Shown one piece after another: positions 38,850 to 54,465 of a stretch of DNA of 64,000 nt. Below the pieces are notes generated by a model, which was given only the letters and a program-made list of their open reading frames with translations, had not been told where the DNA came from and did not search any database. The position numbers were made by a program, and so were the translations under genes. This DNA is from Haliotis asinina (taxonomy: Eukaryota): NCBI RefSeq assembly GCF_037392515.1, contig NC_090294.1, positions 14,411,038-14,475,037 on the forward strand. The letters run 5' to 3'. Position 1 is the stretch's first letter. Every line of letters begins with the position of its first letter.

Positions 38850-41487
38850 GATCTGGCTCTCACAATACGGTATTAATGATTCATGTTGGAAAGGATGTAA
38901 ACTTGGCGGTATTTAAGGCACCGAAACGTTGACAATCCATTTCAGGAACAATGTAGAATAGAGCAATAACCCCCTTATACAAACAGACTGCGAGTCAAAA
39001 CGATTCCTTGACAAACAGATAGCGTTATATTGTGGTGCGGTAAGTGGGCTTTCCATATTGTTGCAAACACAGCTCATTGAAGCTACTTCCTGGTTTCACC
39101 CGAGCTCAAAGAGAACGGTTTAAGTGCCAATGCTTTTGAGTCGGATAAGAATCACAGGCGAGAAATTTCATCATCAAATAGTCGTAAATTCGACAAATCA
39201 GAGTCCCGTGCTCGTAACAGTAAAGTCGTGGACATTAGGATGAGCTATTTTGTTTCAACTTCACAGACCCTGGGTCAATGAATAACGGACAATCTCAAAC
39301 AAAGGATCCCTGTGACTGCACGTGGAGTATTTCGTTGGGTTAACTTCACGTCGTGAATACCTTCATAGGCCAAAGGCCCGAATTCGCTGGGATAAAGAAG
39401 ATATAAAATACGACATGGGCAAAATAAACGACTATGGAGAATCTGATTCATTCAAGGAGTTCTTTGAGCTGGTGATACCTTAAGGTTTGATGGCGAAATG
39501 AAGCAAACGAGTAATGATCCTTTAACATTAAATACTTTTGTAATTTGGGACGAAAATTTATGACAGCGATACCTTGGCTTTAACTTTCTGCTAAATCCTC
39601 TTCTTATTACAAGACCAAATATGATCTTTACGACTTTACAATTAAACCGTTTGAGAATGAACACTATAATTGGAATGTCGATATTTCATGCAAAGTATCA
39701 AACGCGTTGACGTTGTAAAACGTCCCAGCGTGACGTTGATGTACCTTAAAGAAATAACGGCATCCAATGTTTTTGGACATTTTGTAAAATGTTACCCTCA
39801 TTTTGAAATATTAACCAGAAAAGTGTTAATCAGAGCTCTCCTTTCACCTCGGTCTCAAATCCGGGAGAACATCAGCGCGGGGCTAAATCATCCGGGTTCT
39901 TGGCAACAATTTGGTTAACCAAGACAGACCAGTCTGGGTAAACGAGGTTGTATAACACATCAGGAATCAAGACAACCTGTGATGTCAATCACACACGCAT
40001 GTCAAGATGATTCAATCGACACATCCCATGTGAGACTTCATGTCCTCATACATCGTCGTATTGAATAATAATGACAACGATGCTGAAGTTCTACGCCGTA
40101 TACACATCCCCTCGTAAACACCGACTGCCAGCACGTCCCTGGGCACAGTCAACGTCGCACATAATAAAATCCCAAAACCTGCGGATCTAACAGTAACGCT
40201 TGCCATCTATCAGAAATAGATATGACGTTATACCGACTGATTGGGGAGTTGTATCATTATTATCGAGCTTTCACACATGGGGTATGCGTCTCGAGGGATT
40301 TGGGAATAAATGGCGGCTGTCTATTATGTCGGAAGCCGAGCTCAGGGGTCAGGCGAGACGCTCGTTCTGACGGTACCTCGCAGCCAGGCAGTGACGAGGT
40401 GTCGGGGTTGTCCACGGTGCTACCCTAATATCATTCCCCTGTCTTCTCATCCAAGAAAATTGGAAAATATGGCCATATCAAAATCCAGCGAAATTCGATA
40501 CTACGAACACATAACTCAAATTTATCTCACGGGATGTTATATTGAAGATAGTGGTTTTATTCAGCCCCGTCCGGCTTCATAAAAGAGTACAACACTTGTA
40601 GAGAGGACAGTTTCCATAACGCAGTGAGCTTATACTCTACAAAATCCTTAGATATAATAAGAAAACGATGCCTGGGTAATTATGTCATACCTCTGAATAT
40701 TTTAACAATTACATTTCATGGCACCTGTCTTCGACAAAATATCTCTCTCCGGGAAATATATTTTCAAAATCCTTCAGTTTTGTAGAACTCAATATTTTTC
40801 CTACTTGCTTTAATCCGGTTAAAACCAGTCGTAAGGAAAGTAGTAGTTGTTCTGGCCACGGTCCAGTTAAATTAGCATAGAAACCAGACATGGAGCCCTA
40901 TGGGAGCTCTGTAATAGATTCTTGGACTCAATACAATACACATTTAAGGTACAGACCATTTGTAGAGAACAGATATGCCTTTCTATTTCTTTACTGTGGA
41001 ATTACACACACAAATTAAATTCAAAGCGGGTTTTGTTGGAATATAAATGTCCCGTCTGAAAGGTGGTGTTCCTGGAGAGCCCACTCCAGGGATTAATTAG
41101 TGTGGAATGAATGACGTAAGCCACACTGAAGTCTACAATTCTAATCTCTTTAGGACTCTTTGATTTGGCTCTGTCTGGCATTTTGTCCTTATGAATTGCC
41201 GTGGTATAATGATTCGAATTTGACAAGTGCCATTGAAAAATATCCTGCGGTCGAAAAATTGTTAGTGATTTGTCAAGCAAAAGCAAGCACTCTGCAGAAG
41301 ATGGTTGGAAAACTGAAAACGTCCTCGTCGGCGACAACGTTCCTAGGGTGTGGTACAGAGACAACAGAACAACAATGTAGATCAATAATGTTATGTGTCA
41401 TTAAACTAACTGTAAAGTGGTATTTCCACTGTGTAAATAGAGGTTACCAACAACAGATGCATGTATTTAGTGTCAGATGAATACGCG

Positions 41488-41637
41488 TCAGTGGAATGAC
41501 TGAGTATAGCTTTACTCCGCCTTTCGGAATAGTCCTCCAATATCATGACAGGGAACATCAGAAATGGACATTACACATTGCGCCTTCTGCCTTACGAGCG
41601 AACACTTTAACCACTAGGCTACGCCACCGCTATCCCA
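41488..41637 (-). repeat. tRNA-derived SINE copy
   Basis: The reverse complement reads gggatagcggtggcgtagcctagtggttaaagtgttcgctcgtaagg...tccatttctgatgttccc...gatattggagg...tactcagtcattcc. Confidence 0.65.
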
Positions 41638-41813
41638 TATATAACACGCGCATATAAAGCAAGATAACTTTGGTGTTTAAAAGACACTTACATCCCTGTA
41701 TCCTAATTATGTAAACATTGCATCAGTCCATTGCATGTGAGTGCAGTTTTCCTGGCCTACAACGGCTCTAATCCGTCAGTGATTGGACACAACCACAGCA
41801 AAGAAACCACGTC

Positions 41814-41815
<2 letters not shown>

Positions 41816-41882
<67 letters not shown>
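41816..41882. repeat. (CT)33 microsatellite
   Basis: An uninterrupted ctct... run of 67 nt. Confidence 0.95.
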
Positions 41883-41884
<2 letters not shown>

Positions 41885-41969
41885 GACGAACACAAGGCAC
41901 GGTAACAACAATTACCATAGTTTAACGTTGTTTTGGTATGACATGCTTTGGTATCGAACCACTGACCTA

Positions 41970-42230
<261 letters not shown>

Positions 42231-45200
42231 CTACTACCAATCCACTCAGGGATTTTCAGATCACATTGAATGATCTTAAAGAAAGACGAAATTGTTGAAC
42301 TCCTAATTTCCAAAGTATATAAAAAACATATTCATATTTGTTAACTTTTTAGATTTTATTGTTTATTTGGTATTATTTTTCTAAAACATCTGCATGCACA
42401 CAATGCAATCTGGTAGAGGGATACACAGTGTGGACTCTCTCACAACAAAATCCCATTTGAAAGGACAGTATATACAACAGAGCAGGATGAAATATATCAC
42501 TTTAAGACATGCATGACAAGACATTTTGAAGAAAGACATAAAGCTGAGATACAGAAAGTTGATAAAGGTGAATGAACAAAATAATAGCTTATTGCACATA
42601 ATTACTGGCATGCTTGAGGGTTGTTTAGACTTAATAACTGTTACTTTAAGATGTAAGAGTATTTCTAAGTATTTAAATTCACTTACGCCCAAGTTCATTT
42701 CTGGAGGAAACTTCCACTTTGCCCCAAAATACATGAGGAATTTGACCATAGCCACTGGACATGTCTGTCAATGCACAGAAATGGGTCAGGTCAGTATTTG
42801 ACCATTTACTGTTACTGTCTTTTAATCATGTGCAAAAGTGTTTTAATGGCTCAAGGAAAATCCATGTTAGGAAAGAAAAGAAACGGTTTTGCACTCCGAC
42901 AACACCTTCACTTTGAATGCTTTAATCCTTCCTTGAACCATTTTGGTTTTTGTAGAAGTTTCAAAGATGGAAATTAGCATTACCAAATTTCGATCAACAT
43001 ATTGCGATTATTACCAAATTCAATTTTAGTTTGAGAGAATTTGATATCATTTGAAACTTCTGTATTTAACATGATTTAAAGGCAAACAATGCTATATGCA
43101 AAACAAAAGAAACGTGTCGTTACAACTGCAAAACTAAAAATGCTTTTAACCGCAAAAATGTAAAAATATAGATAACTCGTGCATAATATACAACATGGTT
43201 AAATAATTTCACGGTGCTTAAATAATAAACATCTATCGCAATTCGAACATAAGATAGCATGCCGTACATAAAGCATTCAAAACATTTACTTCATATGTTA
43301 TTTATAATTTGGTATTTACTTAAACTAGTAGACAAGTCAATACACCAATCAAACATGGTATCATATCGTAACACTATTTGTTCGAACCATTCAGTATTTT
43401 CAGGTTAATTAGAAATACCCTTTTATCATTAGGAATAATGAGGTTATTTGTTTAATAAACTATCTCATTTGTGTTGTTATTTTTTCCTTTGTTTAAGAAA
43501 CAGTAATCGGACTTATTTGCTATTTGCAATTATCGTGTTGTAGTTATGTTTCGGTTGCTATGAGTAATTAATATTGTTGTCGACTGCCTGACTCTTACAC
43601 TCATTCGTTTATTGTGTACTTATCCGCGTGGATTCCTACGCACTCGAGTGACCCAGCAACTTAGGGAGATGGTGTGAATCGGTTTAAACACTGACGCGAC
43701 AAACGAGCTCTAACAATTATGAAACAGCTTTTGATAACTGAGAGACTACGCGGCTCTGTATGAAATAATTCCAGCAATGACTTTTGGGATGAACCATCAA
43801 AGAACGAACACCACTTTGTGTCCCTCCGGACCCCACGCAGAGAGGCAGGCAACGCCGATGGGGGTAAAGTGCACGTGCGACAAATTACTAATCTTTTGTC
43901 AATTTTGCTCATACTGACATATTAATTTCATGCGAATGAATCCGAACATAAGTCAGAAAATGTAATTGTAATTCAATATGTCGCGAACATTCATCACACC
44001 AAAGTAGATTCAGCGCGCGGACGTGGGAGAAGACAAGCACGCTTATGTTTTTGGTCCTCGAGTTATTCTATTGGTTGTTTGTACACACACGCTGGAGAAA
44101 CCGACAGTGGGCCCGCAGAGAATACACGGGAAGTATCTCTATTGGTGAATAAGGGATTCACATTCCGTGCGAGACTGTTATAAGACACTTTGCCGGGGTA
44201 TTTGGTTGTTAGCGCGGTTTATATTCGAGTGGAATGTGGCAGTGTGGCCACAATAGAATACAAAGACCTGCACATCTCCGGGGACTTTGGTTCGAAATCA
44301 AAAGCAGTTTTGCTGAAAATCGTATAAGTGCAAATATTCTTCATGCAGGGGGGTCTTCCTTCCAAAGGCAACAGAAATTGTTTTCTGAACCTCAAGATCA
44401 ATCAGCTCGTGATAAGTGAACTTTAATTGTGTTTGAAAAAATACAACCGCGATAAGATATTTTAAAAACATGGTTGTCGGCGACTGTTAACAAAATTTGT
44501 TAATCAAATGACGTCATGGCAGTTGTAACCTGTTTCCTCTCACGACCGAAGCACTTCTTCTGATCTTACTTTCATTTGCGCCAATTTCCAGGCGTCAGTT
44601 GGAAACTTAACAAACGGTATTCATTTAGAGACTGTGTTTTTTCCCCTACAACAAGGCACATTTGAAATAACAGGAACTACCAGAAAAAATGTCGGAAGTA
44701 AAGGACAAGGTGAAAATACTCAGCCAGATGGCCAACTCGGACTGGCTAATTAGATAGTTGCAAATTTAATGAAAACTTAGCCCCGCTCTTCACAGTGGAA
44801 CAGGGGAGACTGAAGCAGGGTCTGAGTCGGGCATGCGACATTTCCCGGCAATCCCCCGGCCATGAGATTTGTCGTTTGCTGTCAATCTCGTCTGAGCAGT
44901 GACCTTGACCTTTTGTAAGTATACCCCACAAAGCTTTCAAATATGGAGGAACAGAAGGTAAAGAGTCCCTAAGCTCTTTAAACAATAAGTGTCAAGCATT
45001 ATTTTTGTGTCAAAACCCTCGATTCAATTATAATCGATTGCGCCATTCCAAAAAGGTTAGCCCCACTAGCCTCGCTTTTGTCAATTCGATTTTCAAGCGT
45101 GTGGATGCAATCAGATGAATTCCCGTCCATGCTACCTGGTTTTCCCTTTCACTTAAATAACGTAGTCCCCGTGCCAAGGTCCTTGTCTGATGTCGTGTGC

Positions 45201-48200
45201 GTCAGCGCCGCGTAGTCATCGTCCCAGACCCCAGATGCTTCGAGAAACCAGAAGCAGATGGGACGCTAGAATCTGATTTTGGACAGCTGGAGCCCAGCCA
45301 ATGCTGAATCACGTGTTATTGTCATTCTAATTAAAGCTGTAATCTTCGATACGCTTGTAATTGTAAACTGTAATATGAGCGCGTCTAGAAGAATCTCCGG
45401 GGCAGCAATAATTGCTGACGAAATGAAATTATTCCCTTTAAATTCTACTACACATCGCCGTTACATCATGTGCACGTTCGGCGTTAAGTCCTTTAACTCC
45501 CTCCGATATAGTAGCACGTTAGATAAAATCCCTTAATGTTCCTCAAACGATTGGAAAAGGCCCATGGAGCGATGACCCGGCTTCTTGGCAGTTCTTAATA
45601 TTATTTTTCACCCCATTTTGCTCACCCAACGGTATAATGATAAATTAAAGTTTTAGTGATATTAATGCCCCTTTATGCATCGCAAGCGCTGGAGATGTTA
45701 TTTAAAATGACGTAAGAATAAATTAAGTTTCCATAATCAGTGCTTTAAGTTCCTAATAATGATTTTAATTTCAAATCGAGGGACAAAATGCAAAGCAACT
45801 GATTTCACGGTTCGATATTCTTAGATGGAAAAGTAAGATTACCATCAGCTTTATTTCTATTTTGTGTTGCATTGTTAACAAATTTCAACAGGGAAAACCT
45901 CTTCTTTGTACTCTCTTGCCTTGAAGTGGAAATAACGGTATTTTCAGACATGAAATAAATCCATTATCATTAGTATGGGCAATATCGTGTTGAATAATAA
46001 AATACTTAGTATGCAAGGTGAGCCTTGCCAATATCAATCTAAATCAATTATAAACCAGCGTCGTGTCAAATAATCCAGATATATTCCTCACAAACGATTC
46101 CTTTTCAAACGAGGTGAAGAGTCTACTCCTATATTTTGTACGAAACAGTGGGATAGGTGAGGTGGTTATGGATTCGTCTGACTGGCCGCCATTTAAATAT
46201 ATGTATGACTACTTGTAGACAGAAGAACAAGCCCTAACAGGTGACTGATTACGAATACCTCATTAGCTTATTGGATCTAGATTCCCTGCTGTAATACCCC
46301 ATACCAAGGAAATTAGCCGTGCAAGGTGCCGGACTACTTTGTTGCGGCGTATTGATTTCCGGGGTTGTAATTGGTCAGGTGGGAGTAGCAATCAGCCTTT
46401 AGTCAACACCTCTTCCGCCAGGCTTGTAAGCCTATGCTGCGGAACTATATTTTGATTTCTTAATAGGAATTTGAATGACATCTATCGGGAGTTTTTGTAT
46501 CATAATGCCCGTTAAATGCATAGTAATTGAGCATGAACAGAGTGTTCAATGTTAATTGGTTTTCCATCGATAAATCTGAGTTTTTGAACTTGTTTAAGAA
46601 TTAAAAAGCATGGTTATATTTTTATCGTAAAGAATTATGTTTTATTTATAGCTATAAATTGATGTTTGACGATGTAAATGAAAATGTTCATTTTTGAAGG
46701 TATTATATCGGGTTAATAACGTCAGCTGTTCTCCATCGTTAATCTTTTCAATACTAATCCACAGATTAACACGGTTATGTATACTTTAAATATTCTGTAT
46801 GTATATTTTAAGTACTTGATCTCGTAAGAGGTCAGAATTCTTAACACATTTATTACATACACGTTAATAAATAAACACACAAGTTAATAAATAAATAATA
46901 CTTTTTAGATTGATATGTAAGGTTTTTTTATTTTAGAATTGAATAATGCTGCAATTCAGTTAATGAAATTATGTATACATATTATCGTCTTACCCCCTTC
47001 AGTTGGGTCCAAGCGCCGAGCCCGCCGTCCATGTTTGGAGTTATTGTGTACGAACATGTTATCAGACACAGCTAACAAAGGGCCATCTATCGCAACATTT
47101 GTACAAACAGACACCTGCAAACGAAGTACATGAATATAATTACATGTAGAGACACGTGGTGACAATATACGTTTATATAAGTAACAGTAGTTTTGGTGGC
47201 AGTAGCATCTCAACAGTTGTTAAGAGTAACATTGCTACCAGTAATGATGCAACTAATTATAAATTTTACGAAACTACGTAGTTTATACCATCTAAGATTT
47301 CAGATGCAGCTGTCAGGTATTGGCGAATGTTTTGTATGTTAGGTTACAAATCTAAATATATACGGCAACAACCGCTACCTCTAATAGTACTAGGTGCACT
47401 CATAACAAAACTAATCACGAAAAAGTCAAAGATACGGTGTTGCAGTGATGTCATCAAAACGTTTTCACTGTTTTAAGGTGAAATTATATCAGCATGAACA
47501 AACAACGGATTATCTTCAAAATGCTCAATGCTCACTGCGCAGTGCTCACCATACCAAAATTAAACTAATTCCTGTAATGGTTTTCAAACAATGTTTACAA
47601 AATTTCCGCATAAAGGCGTGTTGAAGCAAATCATATTCCTGTGAATAAAAGCAGAATACTTTTTTAGAGTTTTGCGCTGTTTCATGTCGAGGGAGTTCAA
47701 ATCTATCGACCCGGACCTAAATATCCGACGCGTTGTTTTAAGCCGCGTCGAGATGTTTAAATCCCGATTCAGTCTGCTCAGTCAAGCTTCGCCTAGTTGG
47801 GCTCGTCCTCATTTTCGAAGTGTTTTAGTTAATGAAGTTTTTTACGGTAGTCCAAGTCCCCCATTTAATACCTCTCTCCTAGGTCCCCGCACTTTAATTT
47901 CTACTGCAACCCCGTAAACATCAAGTGATTGACAAGATGATAGTGTTTGTTAAAACGGGACTAGATCTAAAACACTGTGGATTTGTTCCATGCTGTAGAT
48001 CGACTGAACTCAATTGACAATGAAAGGGTGATCATCGCAAAGCAGATTCCCTCAGATAATCGATCCTCGCACATTACGCCTAGCTTTATAAACTTTACAA
48101 AAATGGACGCCTTGACTCACGAACCAATTGGTTTCAGCCAATTCCTTTTTCTCCGGTGCTACATTAGAATCGGGATGCTAACAGTTACCACGGCCAAACA

Positions 48201-50707
48201 AACCCGCTCGACTATTGTGTGTTGTCAATGATCGGAAAATTACGAGCGTGTCCCCAACACAAGTTGCACAAATATAAATTACAAGGCTATAACCCTCCCA
48301 AGCGCCATTTCCTTCCTTCAGCAATAAAGGGAGTTAATCACGAAGCGCTATAATGAAGCTATTGCCCCTCAATGCCTTGTTTGACAGTTATAAACTATCG
48401 CGTATTCGCTAGACAATGAATATTTTATACGTCCATCCAACAACCAAGTTTCCTTTTTTGAGCTGGCCATGTTACAGCTACGTACGCCTCTACTTAATGC
48501 TTGCAAACAATGTGGATTGTGTAAACGAAAGGTTCTGATTTCATCAAACTGTCAAATGTATTTCCCGGATTTCATTGGGATCTACGTGTTTTAGAGAGCA
48601 ATCACTTAATGGTTTATTCACTGCTGACGTCACTCAAATGTTCCCTGCATAAATACAAACATCAACTAATGCTCTCGCGAACAAACTTGAGATCTGTGGA
48701 ATAGAATGTAAATTTCATTCGTGGATTGTGACTGAAATATTGATTTGGTCTACCAGTCCTTGTTGAAGTAGACAACAGACAGTCTTGCAGAGAGTAGATG
48801 TGAATAGCGTATCGCGTATACTAGTCACTGTTAAGTCTGTCAGGCAAAACTAAAAAATCTATACGTCATGGTTGGCATGTCATTTTTTGTTTCCTAACAA
48901 AGATATATTGACGTCATTTCATGTCATTTTAAGAATCGTTACCATGACTACTTCACTAAAGAGTCACACTTGCTGTCACTGAGTGAAAGGCGGTAACTAT
49001 GGCAGTGGAATGATATAGGCATCATAAACTAACACAAATTTTAAAATGCATTTATTAATAAATATATAATTATCATTTGCAATGCGGTCTTTGGACCTAC
49101 CTGGAATCGTCTCATGTCGCGTGGGTTTCCAGCGTTCTTTAAGCAGTTCTGGTTGCATTTCATGAAAAACTTCAAGAAAAATCTGAAATTAAATAAAATT
49201 TCAAATCATTCGATCGTAGACAGTATGTATATCAAATTAACGAAACAATGCCTGCATCTATGTAATAACCTACCCCAAACAGGAACACCATTCCGCGAAG
49301 AAACATATATCCTTTATCTAGAAATGTAAGTCTCCAATATGCCAGTATTAACAAGAAAAGGCTCAAAAAGTCAAATTTTCTAACAGATAGATGAGAGCCT
49401 TCTCTATTCACCTCGTGGCAGGAGATACGATGCGACTGAAGCTACATACTGCCGGGGATGGTTTTGTTTGGGAAAATATTCTAACTTGTCTCTTGAGAGC
49501 TACACAAGCAAATTGATCACTGTTCTATTATACGGACAGACAACGCCGTGCCGTCACAGCAACGGTGTCAGGGGGATGGGAAATGAGGGGGTTTTGCTCC
49601 CCCAACTTGAGATTTACATTGTGCAAATGTTTACTTGGATTAAATTCACCCTGGAATAAAAGTGGCAATTTTGCATATTTGAAAGGTGATCCAATTTTAA
49701 ATGCTATCTGACATAAGCTGGTCTTGGTTTATGGGGGCTTAACGAAGGATTAATAAAGGCTCGTATTGCACTGCGTGAGGTACGGTGATGAAACCACGTT
49801 GAAACCATCATATGGGTTAACGTGTAATCAACGAAGTAACTATCTCCCATAGCGTAAACACATCAACTCGTGGCGGAGGGTTTTTTCAAGATAAATTTTC
49901 ATAGGCCACCGACAAGAGAGTAGCCATGCGTCTCGGATTGGATTGATGGATAATGTATCCGTGTAGCCACTCTGTCATTAGAGCAGCGATTGTAGTCCAG
50001 TGTTTGCCGGTACGCGCCAAAGGGTTCGCAATTTTGATGAGATATGATTAATTGATGAAAAATCATCGTAAATATTTAATGAAGAAGCGAATCGGCTTTG
50101 ATCTGCGCATTACGGGGACCATCAACACAGGCCTACCGCTAGTGATTGCCATCAAATTCAACTACCAATACCGCTTGATATAAATCCGCCCATCCACACT
50201 GAAAGGTTTTTTAAATGTTACAAGGATTTGCAATGAGAGTTGGTCGTGGAAAGGATCTTATTTCAAAGCTGATGCTATTAAGGTATAGTGTGTCAAACCT
50301 CTCAATATGGCTTGGCTTTCTTTATTATGATGTATGGCCAAAGGGAAGCCATGCTAGTACATATGGCATGTCTACATGCTATATAGGCGGGATGTAGGTA
50401 ATGTCAACACGCTGACACGGAACGCGGTGTGACTTGTTGCCTAACCAGCTCAGCATCATCCGACAACAGTTTAGCGGTCCCAGGGCACAAGGGAATTCGC
50501 TAAACAAGTTGCTATTTTTTCCACATATTCAAATCCCCAATGCCCTTAACAGTTTGTTATTTCCACATTAGACGGATTTGATTACACGTGGAAGTTGTAC
50601 ACGTTGTAGTAGCTGTCATCCTCCATCAAACAACAAGTCAACACGACCAACACACCCTTTCACGTCCAATACACTGTGTCATGTTTAACGGTAAAATTTA
50701 ACAGTAT

Positions 50708-50826
50708 ATTTGATCACTCGAGAGAAATTTAAGAATGTATATAAATCATATTTTCTACTGGATTTTCATGTTATCACTCTAGAGAAATTTAAGAATGTAT
50801 ATAAATCATACTTCATTTTGGATTTC
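50708..50826. repeat. Tandem duplication, ~60 bp x 2
   Basis: tgatcactcgagagaaatttaagaatgtatataaatcata...ggattttcatgt is repeated as tatcactctagagaaatttaagaatgtatataaatcata...ggatttccatgt. Confidence 0.85.
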
Positions 50827-52699
50827 CATGTATGAACTGCAATATAATTAACAATGCATTAAACCTTTCAGTTTGTAGGTTAGTATACTGTTATTGTTTA
50901 CATAACGAAGGTACGTCTTAACTCTTAAAGTTTGACATCATTACAACACTATTTTTCAAGATTTAAACGTGATGAAATTGTTAAAATACTTTGTTTGTAT
51001 CACTCTCAATTAAATTATTACACCTGTGAGCCATTTCGTAATCCATCTAAAAGTAAGTTATTTATGGCAAGATTCCGAACACATATTTGCATTCGAATTT
51101 CGTGTTGACAGTAACGCTCTTTAACGTCCACCGAACAGGACACTGAATAATTCACAACTCTTCACAAGCCTCGGGGGACAGGCTCTGGTTGTTAATTACA
51201 ATGGTTAATCAACAAATATATACATACAAGCTGCAAGGTGGAGTGTTGCAGGAGCCTAGTTTACACCTAATTGTTGTTGTCAGTCTCTTGAGAATTGCCT
51301 GTACATTCATACGTCGCAGACCTTTATACGGAATAAGTTCCTCCTTTCAAAAAGCATAAACAATGAACGTTAACAAAAGGAAATATTGCCACAGAGAGAC
51401 GCGTACTAGTTCTAACACTGAGTACAAACAATTCATAATGAATAAAAATATTAATTACCTGCTCCGTTGTTTTAATGTGGTGCATTGAATTTTGATTTTT
51501 TTATATAATTATCTGTATTTAGAAAAGAAACGTTTTCTGAACGCTTTGAATATTTTAGATATGTGCTTCAACCTCACATCAAATAGACGCAATTACTCTG
51601 TCCAATGAAACGTGAGTTTGAAGCTTTTAGTCGCCTATTAATTTGTTTATGGAAAGAAGAGCGGCGTGAAAACTCGGGTTTGTCCGCTGTCTGACCGACT
51701 AATGATGCTTTACATCCGGGGATGACTAAAAGGCTTTCCTATCCACTGATCACGAATGTTTGTTTAGATTTCTAAGAACGCGTACACAATTTGTTTGCAA
51801 AATCGTTTAATTACCAGAGGGAACTTTTGAAATCAAAACTGAAACACCTGTGCATAAACTAACTACACTAAATTGCATTAAAAATCGTTTCAAATCTTCG
51901 AGTAATTACGTGATAAGAATCAAAATCACACTGAAAGAGAGATCAACTTCAGATAAGTGTCACATTGACTTTAATTATAGGCCCACTCAGCTAAACGACG
52001 TAAAGTAATTAAGTATTCTCAATTGTTTATCGATGTTTTTACACAGTGTCGCAAACAAATTGGCCCTAAATAATACATATAAAGAGAATTTATCTAACTC
52101 GGCGAATTTGGGCAGGTTGGTGCCGGATTTGCATCATGGAATCCTTGCTCCAAGTGTGACGGAATCAAAGACACTATTGTTGGGGAATTGAGTAACGCGT
52201 CCCCCTAGGGAGGGACCGGGTGGTCAGCGGAGGGATGGGGGTCAGTTAAACGCCCTAATTGCTGGCATCCATCTGCTGACTAAGTGTTCTCGTGTCGTGA
52301 TTAGGGTAAACAGGTGAAGATGTGTAAGTAGCAGGTTGGGGTATTACATTACGTGTAAAGTTGGGGGGACCCCACGGAGGGATTGCACAATGGTGGCTGG
52401 TGAGCGCATGGGGTCTATCGCATAGTGATATATACAACACAATCGGGGGATGGTATAACAAGCAGATTTGTTACAACAAGGAGTGTGATCTTATCAACAA
52501 ATCAATTGACTCCCAGCATGGTAAGAGATTGCTGACACAACATTTGCCCCATCTCCTGAGGATTCAACCTCACCCCCACGGAGTTGTCGACAAATCGGTC
52601 CCTTGTTGCAAATTAGCCCCTTGAAACAAGAAGGCATTTTACTCATAAACTATTACACTTTTCAACGTAAATGGCAAACCTGTTAACATATATCATTCC

Positions 52700-53110
52700 A
52701 AAGAACTGTGTACACTCGGGTGGAAAAATTACAACTTTAAGATTATACGTGTAAACAAGTATGATACGACAAAAATATCAAACCTTTAAGCGATTGGATT
52801 ATTTTCATAATATACGGTAACTGCGGCAGGATTACACTTATATACGTGTATAATGTGAGCAAATTAGAAAAGTTCAAACGAGTGAATTATTTTCATAACG
52901 TTATCAGGATTATGGTACATACGTGCATAATACGAATTATCAACTTTGAACGATTCAATTACATTCATGTTATACGTAGCTTTGGTATCATTATAAGTAT
53001 ATACGTGTTTAATACGAGCTACTGATAAAGCTTCAAACGATGACATTATTTACATTATATACGGTAACTTTGATATGATTCACGAATTTGTGATGTAAAA
53101 TACGGAGCAT
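52700..53110. repeat. Degenerate tandem satellite, ~75-90-bp unit x ~5
   Basis: Recurring tcaaacgaNtgNattattttcataa(t/c)(a/g)t...acg...tatacgtgtataat... blocks. Confidence 0.6.
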
Positions 53111-54365
53111 GTCTCGAATTGTCCGACTGAACTCACACATCGTAGTGATGTCCTCACGGTGAAAAAGGTTCGCCATATGGGAAGCGTCTTTGCTGAGGCA
53201 GAAACATCCAAAATGGGCTAATTTGCGGGATTCTATTCAAATGGGGGACCCCTGACTTCTGTATCAGCGGGCGAGAGCTGAGAGAATGACTTATGTTACA
53301 AATGTCGGGGTCATATTTAATAAGGCTCTTATCAGAACGCTGGTCAATATTATCAACAATAGCGAAGCCTAGAAGGAGATCCGCCAGACCGTTCCCTGCC
53401 CATTGCAGTGCCATTCTACAGATGCATTAATTTGATTCTCTGAGATCAAGCGCTTCTTCGACATTCATGTGTGTTAGGATGGGGAAAAGATGAAGTGGCA
53501 GAAAGGGGGTGCCCAGGAACTTCAATCACCGGGCCCGCCGTTCAGGGCTGGGGAGAGGGGCTAGGTTAACTAAGGAAGACACATCCTGTCTTCTCGCGGG
53601 TTTATTTTACAGCGTTACGATAGAGTGCGTGTTTGATAGCCTTAGCATCGTTGCTATGAACTTTCATTTCCGTTATTGGATGCTTATCGGGAGACCGTGT
53701 GCTTGATATGTCACAGCGGAAAGAGGAAAGACATTTTTCGTGGAATATTAATGTAATATATCAATTAAAATGTTCTTTTATCGCTTGTAATTGACCGTGA
53801 AACAGACTAGAGATGGTTGAGACGGTCCCTTTGTTTCCAAGCCTAATAACAGTGTTAACGTCAACCGAAATGTTTTGCAGGAAATTGACTGCTACGAATT
53901 GCAACTGGCAAATACGTTAAGCGGGAGGGTTTTTTATAACCCAGGTCACACTTCTGTTATCTGTGAATTATTAATCACCAAACTGTCCGTGCTGCTTCCA
54001 GTCTAGTGAATGAAAACACGAGACTGTGAGCTCAAACTCTCCACACACAAGTCGACAGACGCGGGGTGAAAACACTCCATGTTGTGACTTCACTAGGTCG
54101 ATAAAGTAACACTTCATAAGTATCTGCGGGCTAGGACGCCTACACTAACATATCTCCGTAAAGTGAAATGGAGGACGATCTTGTCAACACTTGAGAGAAA
54201 TGTGGAGACGGAATGGCTTATATGAACTTCCAAATGGGGTATTATTGTATTTTTGTTATTGTTTGGGGTGAGTGATCAATGTGTGACTTTTTGATCACTC
54301 ATTCATTCGGTGTTTTTAGTTTGTAGTATTGTCGTAGAAGGATTAGTAACTGATCAGAAGCAGCA

Positions 54366-54465
54366 AACACCAGCACCAGTAGTAGTAGTAGTAGTAGTAA
54401 TAGTAGTAGTAGTAACACCAGCAATCGCGGCAGCGACAGCAGCAACAGTAGTAGCAGAAGCGGTA
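54366..54465. repeat. Trinucleotide microsatellite, (AGT)n with AGC/CAG variants
   Basis: agtagtagtagtagtagtaatagtagtagtagtaacaccagcaatcgcggcagcgacagcagcaacagtagtagcag. Confidence 0.85.
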
